A DNA stretch of 63,684 nucleotides, the filler included, from Stramenopiles sp. TOSAG23-2 (Eukaryota): the NCBI GenBank assembly GCA_900128395.1. It is 10 parts of 10 records of this genome, joined end to end, with 100 filler letters (N's around TTAATTAATTAA, not from the genome) between each part and the next. Parts side by side here need not be neighbours in the genome. Positions count along the whole stretch, not along the records: positions 27,756 to 34,584 come from LT650402.1; positions 34,685 to 41,506 come from LT650403.1; positions 41,607 to 48,422 come from LT650404.1; 7 more parts are not named here. One strand, 5' to 3'. The translations under genes and the position numbers were made by a program. This document shows, one piece after another, positions 32,539 to 44,271 of the stretch; position 1 is the stretch's first letter; each line of letters starts with the position of its first letter. The notes beneath the pieces are model-generated. The model saw only the letters and a program-made list of their open reading frames with translations. It made no database searches and was not told the DNA's origin.

Positions 32539-34584
32539 TTATTTATACATTGATTTGATGGAAAAATCATCAAAATCAGCAATATGCCAACCAGTAATCA
32601 ACCCTGCCCGTCCAATTTTAGTTGAATTGGTACTCATAGTCATATTGTGGACTTTGATGCCATTTATATTTACAACAATGTTATTACCTTTCGAGCTTAA
32701 TTTTATTTTATTCCAAAGACTGTTCATATTATTAGTAATCGGACCAGACGCAATTATTTTTTTCATTTCTTGCAATTCCCAAAAATAATTTTCATCACCA
32801 TGATCTCGTATTACTAAACAGTGACCTAATTTTTGATTATGAGGGTTATCAGGCTTGTTGTATCCTCCACCAGAAACATGTAAACATACTCCACCAAACA
32901 TAGAGCTATTGTTGTAAAATGGTATTGTTCGTGGTGAGGATACAAGGCGTATGCTTACTTCCACTACAACTCCATCACTCCATAATTGTGTTGATTCACC
33001 AATCACAGTTATTGCTAAAGCATCTGGAATCCATGCATTTTTAATTGGTGGGCGTATGACCATTTGTCTTAGATACTGATTTTCCTTTATATTATCATTA
33101 TCTGATGAAATTTCAAAGCTGCCACCATTATCGCTAAAATATTTCGGCACAGAAGCTACTTTTCTTTCTTCAAAATCATCGTCGTACGGTAACAAGAAGG
33201 GTGTATTTTCTGGTATGTTTGTCTTGAACGACCCTTTACTTGAATCTTTTAATGATGATAATGTAACAATCGAATCTGCACCAACAAAATACGAGACAAT
33301 ACCAGAATTAGCATCAATCTTTGCATCTGGCAATCTCATAAAAGATACAGTTTCATTTGTCATCCAAACAGCAAGTGTTTTGTGCTGTTTTTTTAAAATA
33401 GTGCCTAAAGAAAATGTTACAATTTCATCACTAGTATTGCCACCAGCACAACGCAAACAGTCGCCTTGTAACTTCTCTACGACGATTGTTAAATCTATTA
33501 CTGCATTGTTTGTGGCATTTGGGGCCATCAAATTACTAGTAACTTCAGGACTAACTAAACTAACATACGAACCACCATTTTGTAAAAATCCTCGTCCACC
33601 ATTTCCAATATATTTCCATCCAGGTTCGATGAATTGAGTATGATGTGCACTAGTCCAAATAGCTTGGTTAACTTCATAATGTCCACTCCATGGATGCATG
33701 GCATACATCAATCCATTACCAAAATAAGGAAAATCTTCATAAACAGACCATATTAAAGACCAAGAAATGGTTGATGTCATATTCATACGCACTACGTTTT
33801 GGTTCAGGATGCGCCCCCAGCAAGATGCTCCTTTCCAATTTGCTTCTGTACTATAATCTTCACTCGACCAATATTTCAAATTATATTTTGATTGTACTTC
33901 TGGATGTGCTTGATTGCATGGATAATGTAAACCAATGCCACCGCCTTGCAGCGAATTTGCAAAAAGCTCCACTTGAATCAACGTCAATAGCATGCAATAT
34001 TTCTTTTGCGCCATTCCACCATCCATCAGGTATAATAATTTTTGTCTTTTGAAATCCATTAACATCCATAGCTTTTCGAAAATCATTAATCCATTTTATA
34101 TTACCCCACGTTCTTTCATTCCATACACCGATATAATCTATGTTTCCAATTGTAGGGTGTTCATCTCGTGCGCACTTCAACCAAGAGATATGATAATTGA
34201 TATTATCAATACTATAATAAGTATCATTCCCTACCCATCCCGGCACAGCCCAGGAAAGTGCATATGTAATTATATTTGGGTTACGTTTTTTTGCTTCTTC
34301 TAATAACCACCACTCGTATCCGCGGTTGCAATTGAGATCATTGCGATAGTGTGCATGACTAGCCTCAGTTCCATCAGTTGATTGTGAATCACCACCTATT
34401 TCTACTTTTAATAAATCAAGTGCAGCGCCAAAATGAGGCTTAAATAAATAATCTAAGATTTCATTTCGCTGTTGAAGTGGATAATCATATAATAACCGAG
34501 ACGAGGCACCAGCTGATAACGCACCATGGCCATCATATGTATGATCTGTATTATTATTGGCCAAATGAATAGGATAAACAGGTG
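32539..34584 (-). CDS. Glycoside hydrolase family 59 (galactocerebrosidase-like); 5' truncated, one frameshift near 33961..33965
   Basis: DGHGALSAGASSRLL, LKVEIGGDSQSTDGTE, YIGVWNE, GLHYPC, WSSED, AHHTQF and a C-terminal lectin-like beta domain. The two ORFs join if one A is removed from an A5 run. Confidence 0.9.
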
Positions 34585-34684
34585 NNNNNNNNNNNNNNNN
34601 NNNNNNNNNNNNNNNNNNNNNNNNNNNNTTAATTAATTAANNNNNNNNNNNNNNNNNNNNNNNNNNNNNNNNNNNNNNNNNNNN
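34585..34684. other. Artificial contig spacer
   Basis: N44-TTAATTAATTAA-N44. Confidence 0.99.
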
Positions 34685-34686
34685 AA

Positions 34687-34911
34687 GCATCAATCGTAAC
34701 GTCGTTTGTAGATGATGTCTCCAGTACCGTTGAGTCGATCACTGATGGCTCCAGTCTGAAGAAGCGAAATTTACCCACTAATGGCACTTCGGGTTCGGAA
34801 AGTATAGGATCGCGAGTTAAAATGCGAAGACGTCCAATCAACAAGAAACAAAAACAATCACGACCTCCAGGCACAGCTTTTGCTTCTCCTGGATCTAACA
34901 AATATAAGTAA
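34687..34911 (+). CDS. 3' fragment of an unidentified protein
   Basis: Open frame from the contig edge (ASIVTSFVDDVSSTVESITDGSSLKKRNLP...PGSNKYK*), GC-richer than the AT-rich sequence after the stop. Confidence 0.5.
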   Translation, partial: ASIVTSFVDDVSSTVESITDGSSLKKRNLPTNGTSGSESIGSRVKMRRRPINKKQKQSRPPGTAFASPGSNKYK

Positions 34912-35307
34912 TTCTTTCACAGGTCTTTCCGGTTTAGTTATATCTTTAATTATTATTTCTGGTAATTCCATACATATATATATACAATATGAGTAAATAA
35001 AATCTTTAAATTATAAATAAGAGAATTTTTTATATGTGAATATGAATGACACAATATAAAATCTAGATATACACGTGTAATGACATATTTTCTATACAAA
35101 AAAATGCATTTTATGCGTTATGTTGTACGAATCTTGGTACGAACAAAAGTGTATAATATTACGAGTACTTCCTTTCGTACGTATATTATTTTTTGAGAAA
35201 TAAAAATGTGATTTAATTACTTCGTGTATATATTAGTTTTTTTTTTAATATACGAAGTATATGATTATGGCACTATGAATTGTATTTTCTAATTTTAAAA
35301 AATTTTT

Positions 35308-35510
35308 TAAAAATAAAAACATCTCTCAACATCATCTCTTTTCATCTGTTCAAGTTTCAAGAAAACCATGCATCTTCATTGATACAAAAAAAAAAGGTTC
35401 TCTCTCTCTAAAAATAAAAACATCTCTCAACATCATCTCTTTTCATCTGTTCAAGTTTCAAGAAAACCATGCATCTTCATTGATACAAAAAAAAAAGGTT
35501 CTCTCTCTCT
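35308..35510. repeat. Two-copy tandem duplication, 101-bp period
   Basis: TAAAAATAAAAACATCTCTCAAC starts at 35308 and 35409. Confidence 0.95.
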
Positions 35511-35520
35511 TTCTTATTAT

Positions 35521-37015
35521 TTATTCTCTCTCACCATTGACGTATTTATTTCCTCTACGATCCGCAACTTCACCATCTTTAGACACAGTTAAAGGATTAA
35601 GTGTTGGTTGTGCATGTCTAACTTTCTCACCTTTGTATACGTAAGAAAGCTGACATTGAAGGTAACCATGGCCAAGACTTTTTTGTGGATTAACACAACC
35701 TTGTACACGTTCACCATGGTAAAATACACTACCTAGACAGGCTAAATACCCTTCACCAAATACTTTCATTGGTTTTGTACAACCTTGTACTTTTTCACCT
35801 TTATAATATGCAAATAGTTGTGTACCGGCATAATCATTGCCGATTAACTTGAATGAACCTGCTTGTCCCATCAAATTAATTTTCTCACCTTTATAAAAGC
35901 CATTAAATTGATCAGTTGCATAACCGTTGCCATGGACTGATAGTTTACCTACTACACGTGTACTTTCCCCTTTGTAAAATGTTTTATGACCAGCTTGTGC
36001 CCAACCATTACCTAATAATGTAATATCTTGTCCAACTAGACCAGTTTGTCTTTCACCTTTGTAATAAAGATTACCGAGTGCTGACTTAGCCCAGTTTGAA
36101 AATTTCCCTTTTGGTCCTTTTAACACTTGTAAACCATTTGCTCTACGGCCTGGACCTGCAGCATCAAATCGTTTCCCATCAAAAAAAGCATCAGCTCCTG
36201 ATAATGCATAGCCTCCACCAATATGCTTAAATTCTTTTTTATTAAAATGACTGATAGATGATGAATCTACTTCTTTACCTTTGTAAAATTTATTACCAGA
36301 ACTATCTTCAGCATAACCACCTCCGACACATTTCATTTTACCATTGGCATTTTCTAACTGTTTACCAGCGTAATAAACATTAAAACTATCGTATGCAAAA
36401 CCACACTTTGTTACTTTCAATTTCCCGCTTGAATCTTTCATTTCCTTACCTGCATAATAACTATTAAATGAATCACGGGCATATTTAAAACCTAATGCTT
36501 TTAACGTACCACTTGTTTCAATTTGTTTTCCTTGATAAAAAGCATTAAACGAGTCAACAGCATACCATGTTAACTTTCCATTAGCCTTTAATACTTTCAA
36601 ATTACCACTTATATCTAATTTCTTTCCACGAAAATACCCATTGAACGAATCAGCTGCATATCCAGCACCTAAACTTTTTACGTTAACGGCAACATCTCCT
36701 ATTTTAATCCATAATTTTGGATCATTTCTTTCCACGAAAATACCCATTGAACGAATCAGCTGCATATCCAGCACCTAAACTTTTTACGTTAACGGCAACA
36801 TCTCCTATTTTAATCCATAATTTTGGATCATGTGCACCATTCGCAAAGAAGTAATCAAAACTTTTTTGCCAATAACCACCACCTATTGGTTTATAACCTT
36901 GTCTTTTTAATTTCTTCATAATTTTTTTGTCTGAATTATTACTGCCTTTTAAATTTGCAGCCATTGCAATGGCTACAATACAGCATAGTAACACTACACG
37001 TAATAACATATTCAT
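35521..37015 (-). CDS. Secreted DKNYY-like beta-repeat protein (split by a 106-bp duplication)
   Basis: Signal peptide MNMLLRVVLLCCIVAIAMA; many repeats of the form LGxGYAxDSFNxYYxGKxI. ORFs 36722..37015 and 35521..36774 fuse when one copy of 36619..36830 is removed. Confidence 0.75.
36619..36830. repeat. Two-copy tandem duplication, 106-bp period (frameshifting)
   Basis: TTTCTTTCCACGAAAATACCC starts at 36619 and 36725. Confidence 0.95.
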
Positions 37016-37983
37016 CTTTGTTTGATATGTATGTATATGTATGTATATGTATGTATATATATGTACGTACGTATGTATCTATTTGTGATATCAACGTATT
37101 GTAATTGTAATATGTATATGTTTTCTAATATTATTAAGAAATATATATTTAATTTTCCCCTATAGTAAATAGTGTTATTTTCCCCCTTCGCACCTTCCGT
37201 CGCCGAACTTCGCCCCCTTTTTTTTTGGTGTTTTAGCAGTTGCTTTACTTTAAATTTTTCCTTACAACTTTTACGTGAACATTGGTAGAATATATCGTAG
37301 TCTAAATCGCCTACCAAAAATTGATACCAATACTGTGTCTATGCAATTGGTTTTAGGCGTACTCCTATGCTAACAAATTGATTACGATCCAATTTAAGTG
37401 AATAGAGAGTGAAGTGTGGGGCCAGTTAAATGCAAACAAAAAATAGTAGGGAGTACAAAAGCACAAAACCAACATCGCAAAATTGATGTGTGATGTGTGA
37501 TATATTAATTTATTATTGTAATACTAATAGCAGGTATCCTGAGTACAAAATCGATACAGTAGGAGAAGCAAAAAAGTTCGAAACACTTTTTAGGAGTTAT
37601 TATTCTTGATTTTTGTTTCGACACGTTGCATAAATACAGGCAAATAGCATTGCAACTATAAATATAAAACAAATTATTATAACAAATAATTACTGAAATT
37701 ACATACCAGGTACTATGAATTAGCACTAATAAAATTAACTAAGACATATATATAGTATTTATACATATATGTACATATATTACTTAATACGAATACAGAG
37801 GGATATACGTCGATTAGTCAGTCATATATATATAATATATACATTTATATACATATCATATTTAATTGAACCATCGTTTTTTGAATATTCCTTTTGTCTC
37901 TACCTTGCATATATTTGAGTGAATATATATATATATATATATATATTACTAGTGATATATATACAAATTATATTATAAAAAAT

Positions 37984-38693
37984 ATGAGTACAATTATCCC
38001 ACGTTTAGTCTTTGGAACGGATGAGTATGATGTAAATAACAACCACGATAAAGATAGTGATAATGATCAAGATGATGGGCATAGAAGTGCACGTTCGCAA
38101 TGGTCAACGGAATCATCATATAAAGGTATAGATTCACCAAGAAGTGTATCTAGTAATTCAAGTTTGAAAAGTAATAATAATTTACAAATTATTGTAGATA
38201 AAACATTATCACCAGGTGCAAGTCCACGTACAAGTCCATATAGTAGTCCAAGACTTGAAGATTCAAATAATGAAATTAGTAATCGTACATTAGAGCCAAA
38301 AAATGATATAGCAACACCACAACATCAATTATTTATAAGAACACCATCACCAAATAATAATAGTTATAATAATAGAAGACGACCAAACCACCACCACCAG
38401 TAACAAAGCCTGGATCGAAAACAATGGATTCAATTAATCATATGAAACGTCGTAATTCGCGTGATGATATTGAAAACAATCGCAAAGCATTAGAACATAT
38501 GATGGTACGATCAAATAGTAAAGATGATGGTTACAACAATAATAATGTATTAAACAACAAGCAACAATCATCCGAATATATATCAGGAGATGAACGTGAT
38601 ATTAATAATAATAATAATAACAATAATACTTCACCAAGTAATAGTAGAAGACCATCCTTTTTAAGGAGATTTAGCATGAGTAAGAAGAAGTGA
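37984..38693 (+). CDS. Ser/Pro/Asn-rich low-complexity protein; probable frameshift near 38385
   Basis: MSTIIPRLVFG... with many SP/SPR motifs. Adding one A to CCAAACC joins it via RPKPPPPVTKPGSKT to ORF 38424..38693, which has the same composition. Confidence 0.55.
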
Positions 38694-38989
38694 CGAGAGA
38701 GGAAAAGGAACAAAAAAATTTACGAGACGTCCTATTTTTAATATCCGTACGGAAGTATGTGGTATATGTGTGTGGTGCGTCGTGTAAAAAATCTTTTATT
38801 TAATACGCGCACGTATTATTTTTTAACGTTCGGTATCATTAATTTTTTGTGATATTAAAAATATTAAAAATAATAAAAATAAGTACTCGGTGCGTCGTGT
38901 TAAAATATAATAAAATATTTTTTATAAAAAAATTAAAAATATTAAACCCGATATCTCTAGAGTTTCAGCAAAGTTTTACACGCACACTG

Positions 38990-39024
<35 letters not shown>

Positions 39025-39068
39025 CTTTCTCTCTCTTTTTTTTTAAAAAAAAATTGTACACGAACACA

Positions 39069-40970
39069 TCAAATTTCTTTCCAATTCTTTTCCACTATAA
39101 ATCCACGTGATATTTCAAGCCATGCATATAAATATGGATCCCATCGTAATTCTGCAACTAAAATTCTGCCTGTTCGTATTTTATTTTCCTTACGACTATT
39201 TTCTTGTTGTTCTTTTACTTTTGCATATAAATCGTCATCACGTAGTAATTCCACATCTGTTTTTGATATTTTGTCATTCTTTTTCTTGCGATTCTGATTA
39301 TTATTATTATTATTTCCTTCTTCATTAGGTACAAATAAAATTTTCATTTGTTTCCGTTCCTTGGATTCAGGTGGTTGGCCATCTACACGTAATGGTGCAA
39401 CCCAAAGTAATTTTGGTAATATAACCCAACGATGACTTTTATTTTGGCAAAATATTGTATTTAATTCATCAAGTGAATCAGTATACCATCCATACCAATG
39501 ACATTCATTTAAATTTAGAAGATTATCATTTGAAACAAATGTACTTGTTTTTATTTTTTTTTTATTATCTTTCTCAACTGATAATAAGCTTGTTAATTCT
39601 AATGACATTTCATTTGTATTTAATTCTTCATTATTATTATTATTGTTATTTGTACCATTATTAATAGATTTTCGTTTTCGTTTTTCTTGGTATAACATTT
39701 TTAATGGGTAAAATAACCAACCTTTTAAAATACATGCCGTAACAACATTGTTGTTATCAAGATCAAATTGAAATGTATTGAAAATTCTCTCTACAATATC
39801 TTTGCTACGTGGATGTTGTAATAATTTAGATTGTTTCTGCATTTTTACTACTTTATCTTTTAACGTTTCACTTTTATGTGGACCGATAAAGTTGTCAAAT
39901 GAAATAGAATTATCGTTGTTATTACTGATGTTGTCATCAAGGTGTAGCAACATATATTTAATTGATAGTTCTTCATGATATAATTTATTATCATTTTTAT
40001 TTAATAATAAAATATCAAGTTCACCAATTGTACTTTTTGAATTTATTTTTTCAGGATCACCGCGTATTGGTGTAGTAAATGCCATTTCTGTATATATATC
40101 ATTCTTATCCGAACCCAATACAACAGCGTTAGTATTTTCACTATTGTTATTATTAGTAGTAATAGTAGTAGTATCCAAATCACCATAATATGCACGTATA
40201 AAAAATTCATAACATGTCGCACAATAATCACCAAGTCTATATGTTGATTTATGATTTGCAAACCAAGTTTCAATGATATCTACTTTTTCCATATCATTAT
40301 CTATACTACGAAACCACTTTAATATATGGCGTTGCTCAATCGCACTAAATCGTTTTGAAGAAAAGGTTGCTGAAGAATATTGTTTATTTGTTTTCTTTGT
40401 ACTATTGTTATTATTATTATTATCATCATCTTCTTCAAAAACAGCATCTAATACAAGTAAAGGGCATAATATTACAGATGCTACATGACGTATTCTTTCA
40501 TGTTTTAAAGACAACACGTCTAAAAAACCTTCTTCCTTAGCTTTGAAAAATTGGCCGTCCCCAGATGACGATTCTGCATTCCTGGTTAAATATTCACCTA
40601 TACGTGAATACAACCTATCAAAATATAAAGTCCAAAAAATATCTTCTTCGACAATAGATGGTACATACGTATATCTCATTTTCTTTAATTTCTTATCTTT
40701 TTGCAATATAGCGCTTGCAAACTCTATTTCATCATGGTCTAATTCTTTGGGTATGGTTTTATTGGTCATTTTATTGATATTAAACGGTATGATTGATGCT
40801 TCCAATACGATTTCACGTATGGCTTCAAAATCATATGTACGTACAAAATTATTTGGTAACCTATCTGCTACATATTCAATTATTGGTAACCATGGATAGG
40901 TTGGGTCATCATCATATAATTCGACTACTTCCTCTACTTCCGATGATGGTGTACTTTCCGCAATTCCCAT
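39069..40970 (-). CDS. BSD domain + DUF1853-like (PD-(D/E)XK-like) fusion protein
   Basis: ILQKDKKLKKMRYTYVPSIVEEDIFWTLYF is a BSD signature. It is followed in order by RLGDY, TIGELDILL, HEELSIKY, FIGP, KGWLFYP, GWY, LPKLLW and EISRGFIV, matching DUF1853 motifs as recalled. Confidence 0.72.
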   Translation of the reverse strand: MGIAESTPSSEVEEVVELYDDDPTYPWLPIIEYVADRLPNNFVRTYDFEAIREIVLEASIIPFNINKMTNKTIPKELDHDEIEFASAILQKDKKLKKMRYTYVPSIVEEDIFWTLYFDRLYSRIGEYLTRNAESSSGDGQFFKAKEEGFLDVLSLKHERIRHVASVILCPLLVLDAVFEEDDDNNNNNNSTKKTNKQYSSATFSSKRFSAIEQRHILKWFRSIDNDMEKVDIIETWFANHKSTYRLGDYCATCYEFFIRAYYGDLDTTTITTNNNNSENTNAVVLGSDKNDIYTEMAFTTPIRGDPEKINSKSTIGELDILLLNKNDNKLYHEELSIKYMLLHLDDNISNNNDNSISFDNFIGPHKSETLKDKVVKMQKQSKLLQHPRSKDIVERIFNTFQFDLDNNNVVTACILKGWLFYPLKMLYQEKRKRKSINNGTNNNNNNNEELNTNEMSLELTSLLSVEKDNKKKIKTSTFVSNDNLLNLNECHWYGWYTDSLDELNTIFCQNKSHRWVILPKLLWVAPLRVDGQPPESKERKQMKILFVPNEEGNNNNNNQNRKKKNDKISKTDVELLRDDDLYAKVKEQQENSRKENKIRTGRILVAELRWDPYLYAWLEISRGFIVEKNWKEI

Positions 40971-41506
40971 GACGGTGCTTTTAAATTTTTTTATATTACT
41001 AGTTTACACAATTTTTACAACACAGTATATATTATCCATAGATTACATACAACATCAGTCAAATATATATATATATATATATTTCTCTCATCCATGCATT
41101 TTATTATTATTTCCCAACAACTAATATATATTATATTTTATATGTATGGTTATGGTACAATGTAGAGAAGAGGATCCGATCAACTGTAATGGTATACTGT
41201 AACCTCCTATAAAGTTAAAAAAAAACAAAAATACATGTGTTATGTTAAGGTAATCTGGTAATAATCTTCATCATAGGTGCATAGTACCACCTATAAGTCG
41301 TCCACTACATACAGGTAAGGTACATTAACATTACATAAGCTTAAGCTAAAATATATTATTTTGTTTTTTTGTAGAATGGAAATTTTATTAGAATACCAAA
41401 AAAATATCAAAATTGGCTTTTCAGCTTTTCAACTTAAAGCTGTCGGATTATCTTGTTATACGTGTTAATTTAATGCTAAGCCCATGGTAGGATACTGCCT
41501 CGAAAC

Positions 41507-41606
41507 NNNNNNNNNNNNNNNNNNNNNNNNNNNNNNNNNNNNNNNNNNNNTTAATTAATTAANNNNNNNNNNNNNNNNNNNNNNNNNNNNNNNNNNNNNN
41601 NNNNNN
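41507..41606. other. Artificial contig spacer
   Basis: N44-TTAATTAATTAA-N44. Confidence 0.99.
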
Positions 41607-42800
41607 ATCACATGGTACAATTCACAAAAGAAAGGACAAGATGAAGAAGGTAGTATCATATCAGCACAAATTATTGCACAATATTTAGAAACTATGAATT
41701 TTCCGAATAATGATAGTGGACTGATAATAATAACAGAATGTTTAAAGAAAATCAATCGTGAAAATGGTTTAAGCCAAGCATTGGAATTTACTGATTTGTT
41801 TATTCCAGAATTTAGAAGTCAAATCAACACCATATCATATGAAAGAAAATTATCTCCAAAATTATTCGGTGGAAATAATAATACTACAGATGATAATAAT
41901 AATACTAATAATAATAATACTCGAATAGATAATCCTGTAAAAAATGTCAATAATTTACCAGTAGCAGGAAGTTTTAGCGGATTTCGATTAATTGATGGTG
42001 GATGTGATTCATGGAAAGAAAAAAAAGTACCACATACTTGGTCACCAATACCCGGGAATCTATTTCAAGTTCGAGGCCCTAATTACATGGTCGATCAAAT
42101 AAAAGTAGCTTCATCTTACTCTATTTTTGAACCAACGGCAGTTGAAGTGTTTGATGCACCATGTACTTTGGATTTTCCAGCTGATCATTTTTATCAAAAC
42201 AAAGTGCCAAGTACAGGGAATACAAATGGTGTCCCTAATCGTTTAGTAGTATCATTGGTTTTTCCAAACTTTCCTGCTGAAAATCCACTATGGGGTACAA
42301 AGAAAGAGGATGGGCCATCTCACCATGTGATCATGTGGTACGAATTGACGGAACGAGCAAAGAAAGAATATGCAACGAAAAAAGATTCAGAATTATCACC
42401 TGGGCTTCGTATGACAAAACAATATTTACAAAAAGATGATCCATTGCATTCCAATACGAAAACAATAGTTAAATTAGCAAATCCAAAAGAAGTTGATTTA
42501 GGATTAATAGCAAATGCATTAGTCTATAAGTTCAATGCGAAACCTTTTTTATCCAATAAAAGCCATAAAACTCGAATATCGGATGATTGTTTTGAAATAT
42601 CAATGAGTGTCCATACCTTCGGTCATGGGCCCAGATCATATTATTTCGACAATTATAAATATTTCTTAAATTGGGTAAGTGATGTTGCAATAGTTGTAGA
42701 AGGTCGTAAAGATCAAACAGAATTACCAGAACAAATTTTAGCATGTTGTAGAATAGTGTGTCCTAATCCAAATAAACATAAATTTACGAAGAAAGGTTGA
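41607..42800 (+). CDS. EDR2 C-terminal domain (DUF1336) protein; 5' truncated
   Basis: WSPIPGNLFQVRGPNYMVDQIKVAS, NAKPFL, FEISMSVHTF and DVAIVVEG...ELPEQILACCRI. The frame is open back to the contig edge. Confidence 0.85.
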   Translation: MTWYNSQKKGQDEEGSIISAQIIAQYLETMNFPNNDSGLIIITECLKKINRENGLSQALEFTDLFIPEFRSQINTISYERKLSPKLFGGNNNTTDDNNNTNNNNTRIDNPVKNVNNLPVAGSFSGFRLIDGGCDSWKEKKVPHTWSPIPGNLFQVRGPNYMVDQIKVASSYSIFEPTAVEVFDAPCTLDFPADHFYQNKVPSTGNTNGVPNRLVVSLVFPNFPAENPLWGTKKEDGPSHHVIMWYELTERAKKEYATKKDSELSPGLRMTKQYLQKDDPLHSNTKTIVKLANPKEVDLGLIANALVYKFNAKPFLSNKSHKTRISDDCFEISMSVHTFGHGPRSYYFDNYKYFLNWVSDVAIVVEGRKDQTELPEQILACCRIVCPNPNKHKFTKKG

Positions 42801-43016
42801 GAAAAAAGTTGGAGTGTTGTGTGTGTGTGTGCGTGTGTGTACATGTTAAATACAAATAATAATATATTCGTAAAATATAATATTATAGTGTGTCCTAATC
42901 CAAATAAACATAAATTTACGAAGAAAGGTTGAGAAAAAAGTTGGAGTGTTGTGTGTGTGTGTGCGTGTGTGTACATGTTAAATACAAATAATAATATATT
43001 CGTAAAATATAATATT
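42753..43016. repeat. Two-copy tandem duplication, 132-bp period (spans stop codon and 3' UTR)
   Basis: ATAGTGTGTCCTAATCCAAAT starts at 42753 and 42885. Confidence 0.95.
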
Positions 43017-43190
43017 TTTCTAATTTTATTAGTTAGCCTGGTTAGATTTGTAAAAAATATACACAAATACAAAGTTGTATTCTAGATAAAATAAAAATGA
43101 TGTACATACAAAAATTTACGCGTCTGCCGTACACCCACATTTATACCCCCAACACATATATCATACAGCAGATTATTTAAATATATATAT

Positions 43191-43223
<33 letters not shown>

Positions 43224-43227
43224 TACT

Positions 43228-44271
43228 TTACATATTCCAACCAGCTTGCTTACTTTCTTCCTCCGTTTGTATATCTCTACGTGGTTTACTTTGTTTTTCA
43301 TTTTCTAATACCGTATCAAATGTTTTGTAAATACTTTTAATAATATTTTCCGTCGCTTTAATACATAAATTTAATAATTGCTTACTTTCTTCCTCCGTTT
43401 GTATATCTCTACGTGGTTTACTTTGTTTTTCATTTTCTAATACCGTATCAAATGTTTTGTAAATACTTTTAATAATATTTTCCGTCGCTTTAATACATAA
43501 ATTTAATAATTTTGGTTCAATTCCATTGAATCCTAATTTATACATACCACAAATTTGATTGTTTCGATCCATGCAAATACTAATGGAACTATCAGAGCAC
43601 ATTTCCTCTTTTAACGTCGTATCTGTAATTGGTATTCCATTTAACATCCATAATGTGGAACATAAAGGTAACATTGTCGTATCTAAATACGTTTTCGCAG
43701 TAGGATCATTTGACATATCTAATATTTTTTCACCTCCATCTCCATTCAATATAGTAACTTTTGGCAATACAACACTGTGCAATGCAGCATGTACTACTTG
43801 GACTAAATTATCAAATAAACTCCCATCGGATGATACTACTAGGACATCTATATTTAACAACCAACAATGGTACGATGGCAAGATGCATAATGTTTTTAAA
43901 AATGCAGGATCAGAAAACGTTCGTTGTAACATTTCACTTAGAATAGTTGTATTATTTGTTGAATTATTATCAGAATTATTATTTTGCAAAGTATATTCAT
44001 TCATTGTTTTCACATTTATGGATATTTTCCCATGATCCGGAGATTCTTTCTTCGGTTGCGTGAAATCAGCTTTCACTGAAGCGACTATATCTGTATTTAA
44101 TAATGTATTTGTTAACCTAGCACTACCATTGACATGAATTAAAAATCCAGTTTCTATTAATATTGGCCTTAAATCAAATCTTCCACGTCCATCTTCACGT
44201 ATATTTTGTTTTACACCAGATAATATGAAATTTCTTTCAGCTTTCGATAACTTGGAGGATGATTTTGACAT
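43228..44271 (-). CDS. RRP42: Exosome complex component RRP42 (EXOSC7), RNase PH fold
   Basis: LSKAERNFILSGVKQNIREDGRGRFDLR, NGSARL, LCILPSYHCWLLNIDVLV, DGSLFD, LPKV and DTTLKEE. The C-terminus carries a 44-aa exact duplication. Confidence 0.88.
   Translation of the reverse strand: MSKSSSKLSKAERNFILSGVKQNIREDGRGRFDLRPILIETGFLIHVNGSARLTNTLLNTDIVASVKADFTQPKKESPDHGKISINVKTMNEYTLQNNNSDNNSTNNTTILSEMLQRTFSDPAFLKTLCILPSYHCWLLNIDVLVVSSDGSLFDNLVQVVHAALHSVVLPKVTILNGDGGEKILDMSNDPTAKTYLDTTMLPLCSTLWMLNGIPITDTTLKEEMCSDSSISICMDRNNQICGMYKLGFNGIEPKLLNLCIKATENIIKSIYKTFDTVLENEKQSKPRRDIQTEEESKQLLNLCIKATENIIKSIYKTFDTVLENEKQSKPRRDIQTEEESKQAGWNM
43246..43509. repeat. Two-copy tandem duplication, 132-bp period (in frame in RRP42)
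   Basis: TTGCTTACTTTCTTCCTCCG starts at 43246 and 43378. Confidence 0.95.

Noticed and set aside
33881-38693. Alternative genetic code or stop readthrough explaining split ORFs
   Set aside because: Every split is resolved by an intron, a single-base indel or a duplication, and long ORFs end normally at TAA, TAG or TGA.
38991-39020. (CA)n, (AT)n, (AAT)n and (GGT)n microsatellites here and elsewhere
   Set aside because: Ordinary simple repeats for an AT-rich eukaryotic genome.
43246-43509. Novel duplicated C-terminal domain in RRP42
   Set aside because: It is nucleotide-identical, 132 bp, and belongs to the same class as the neighbouring frame-breaking duplications; most likely an artefact.
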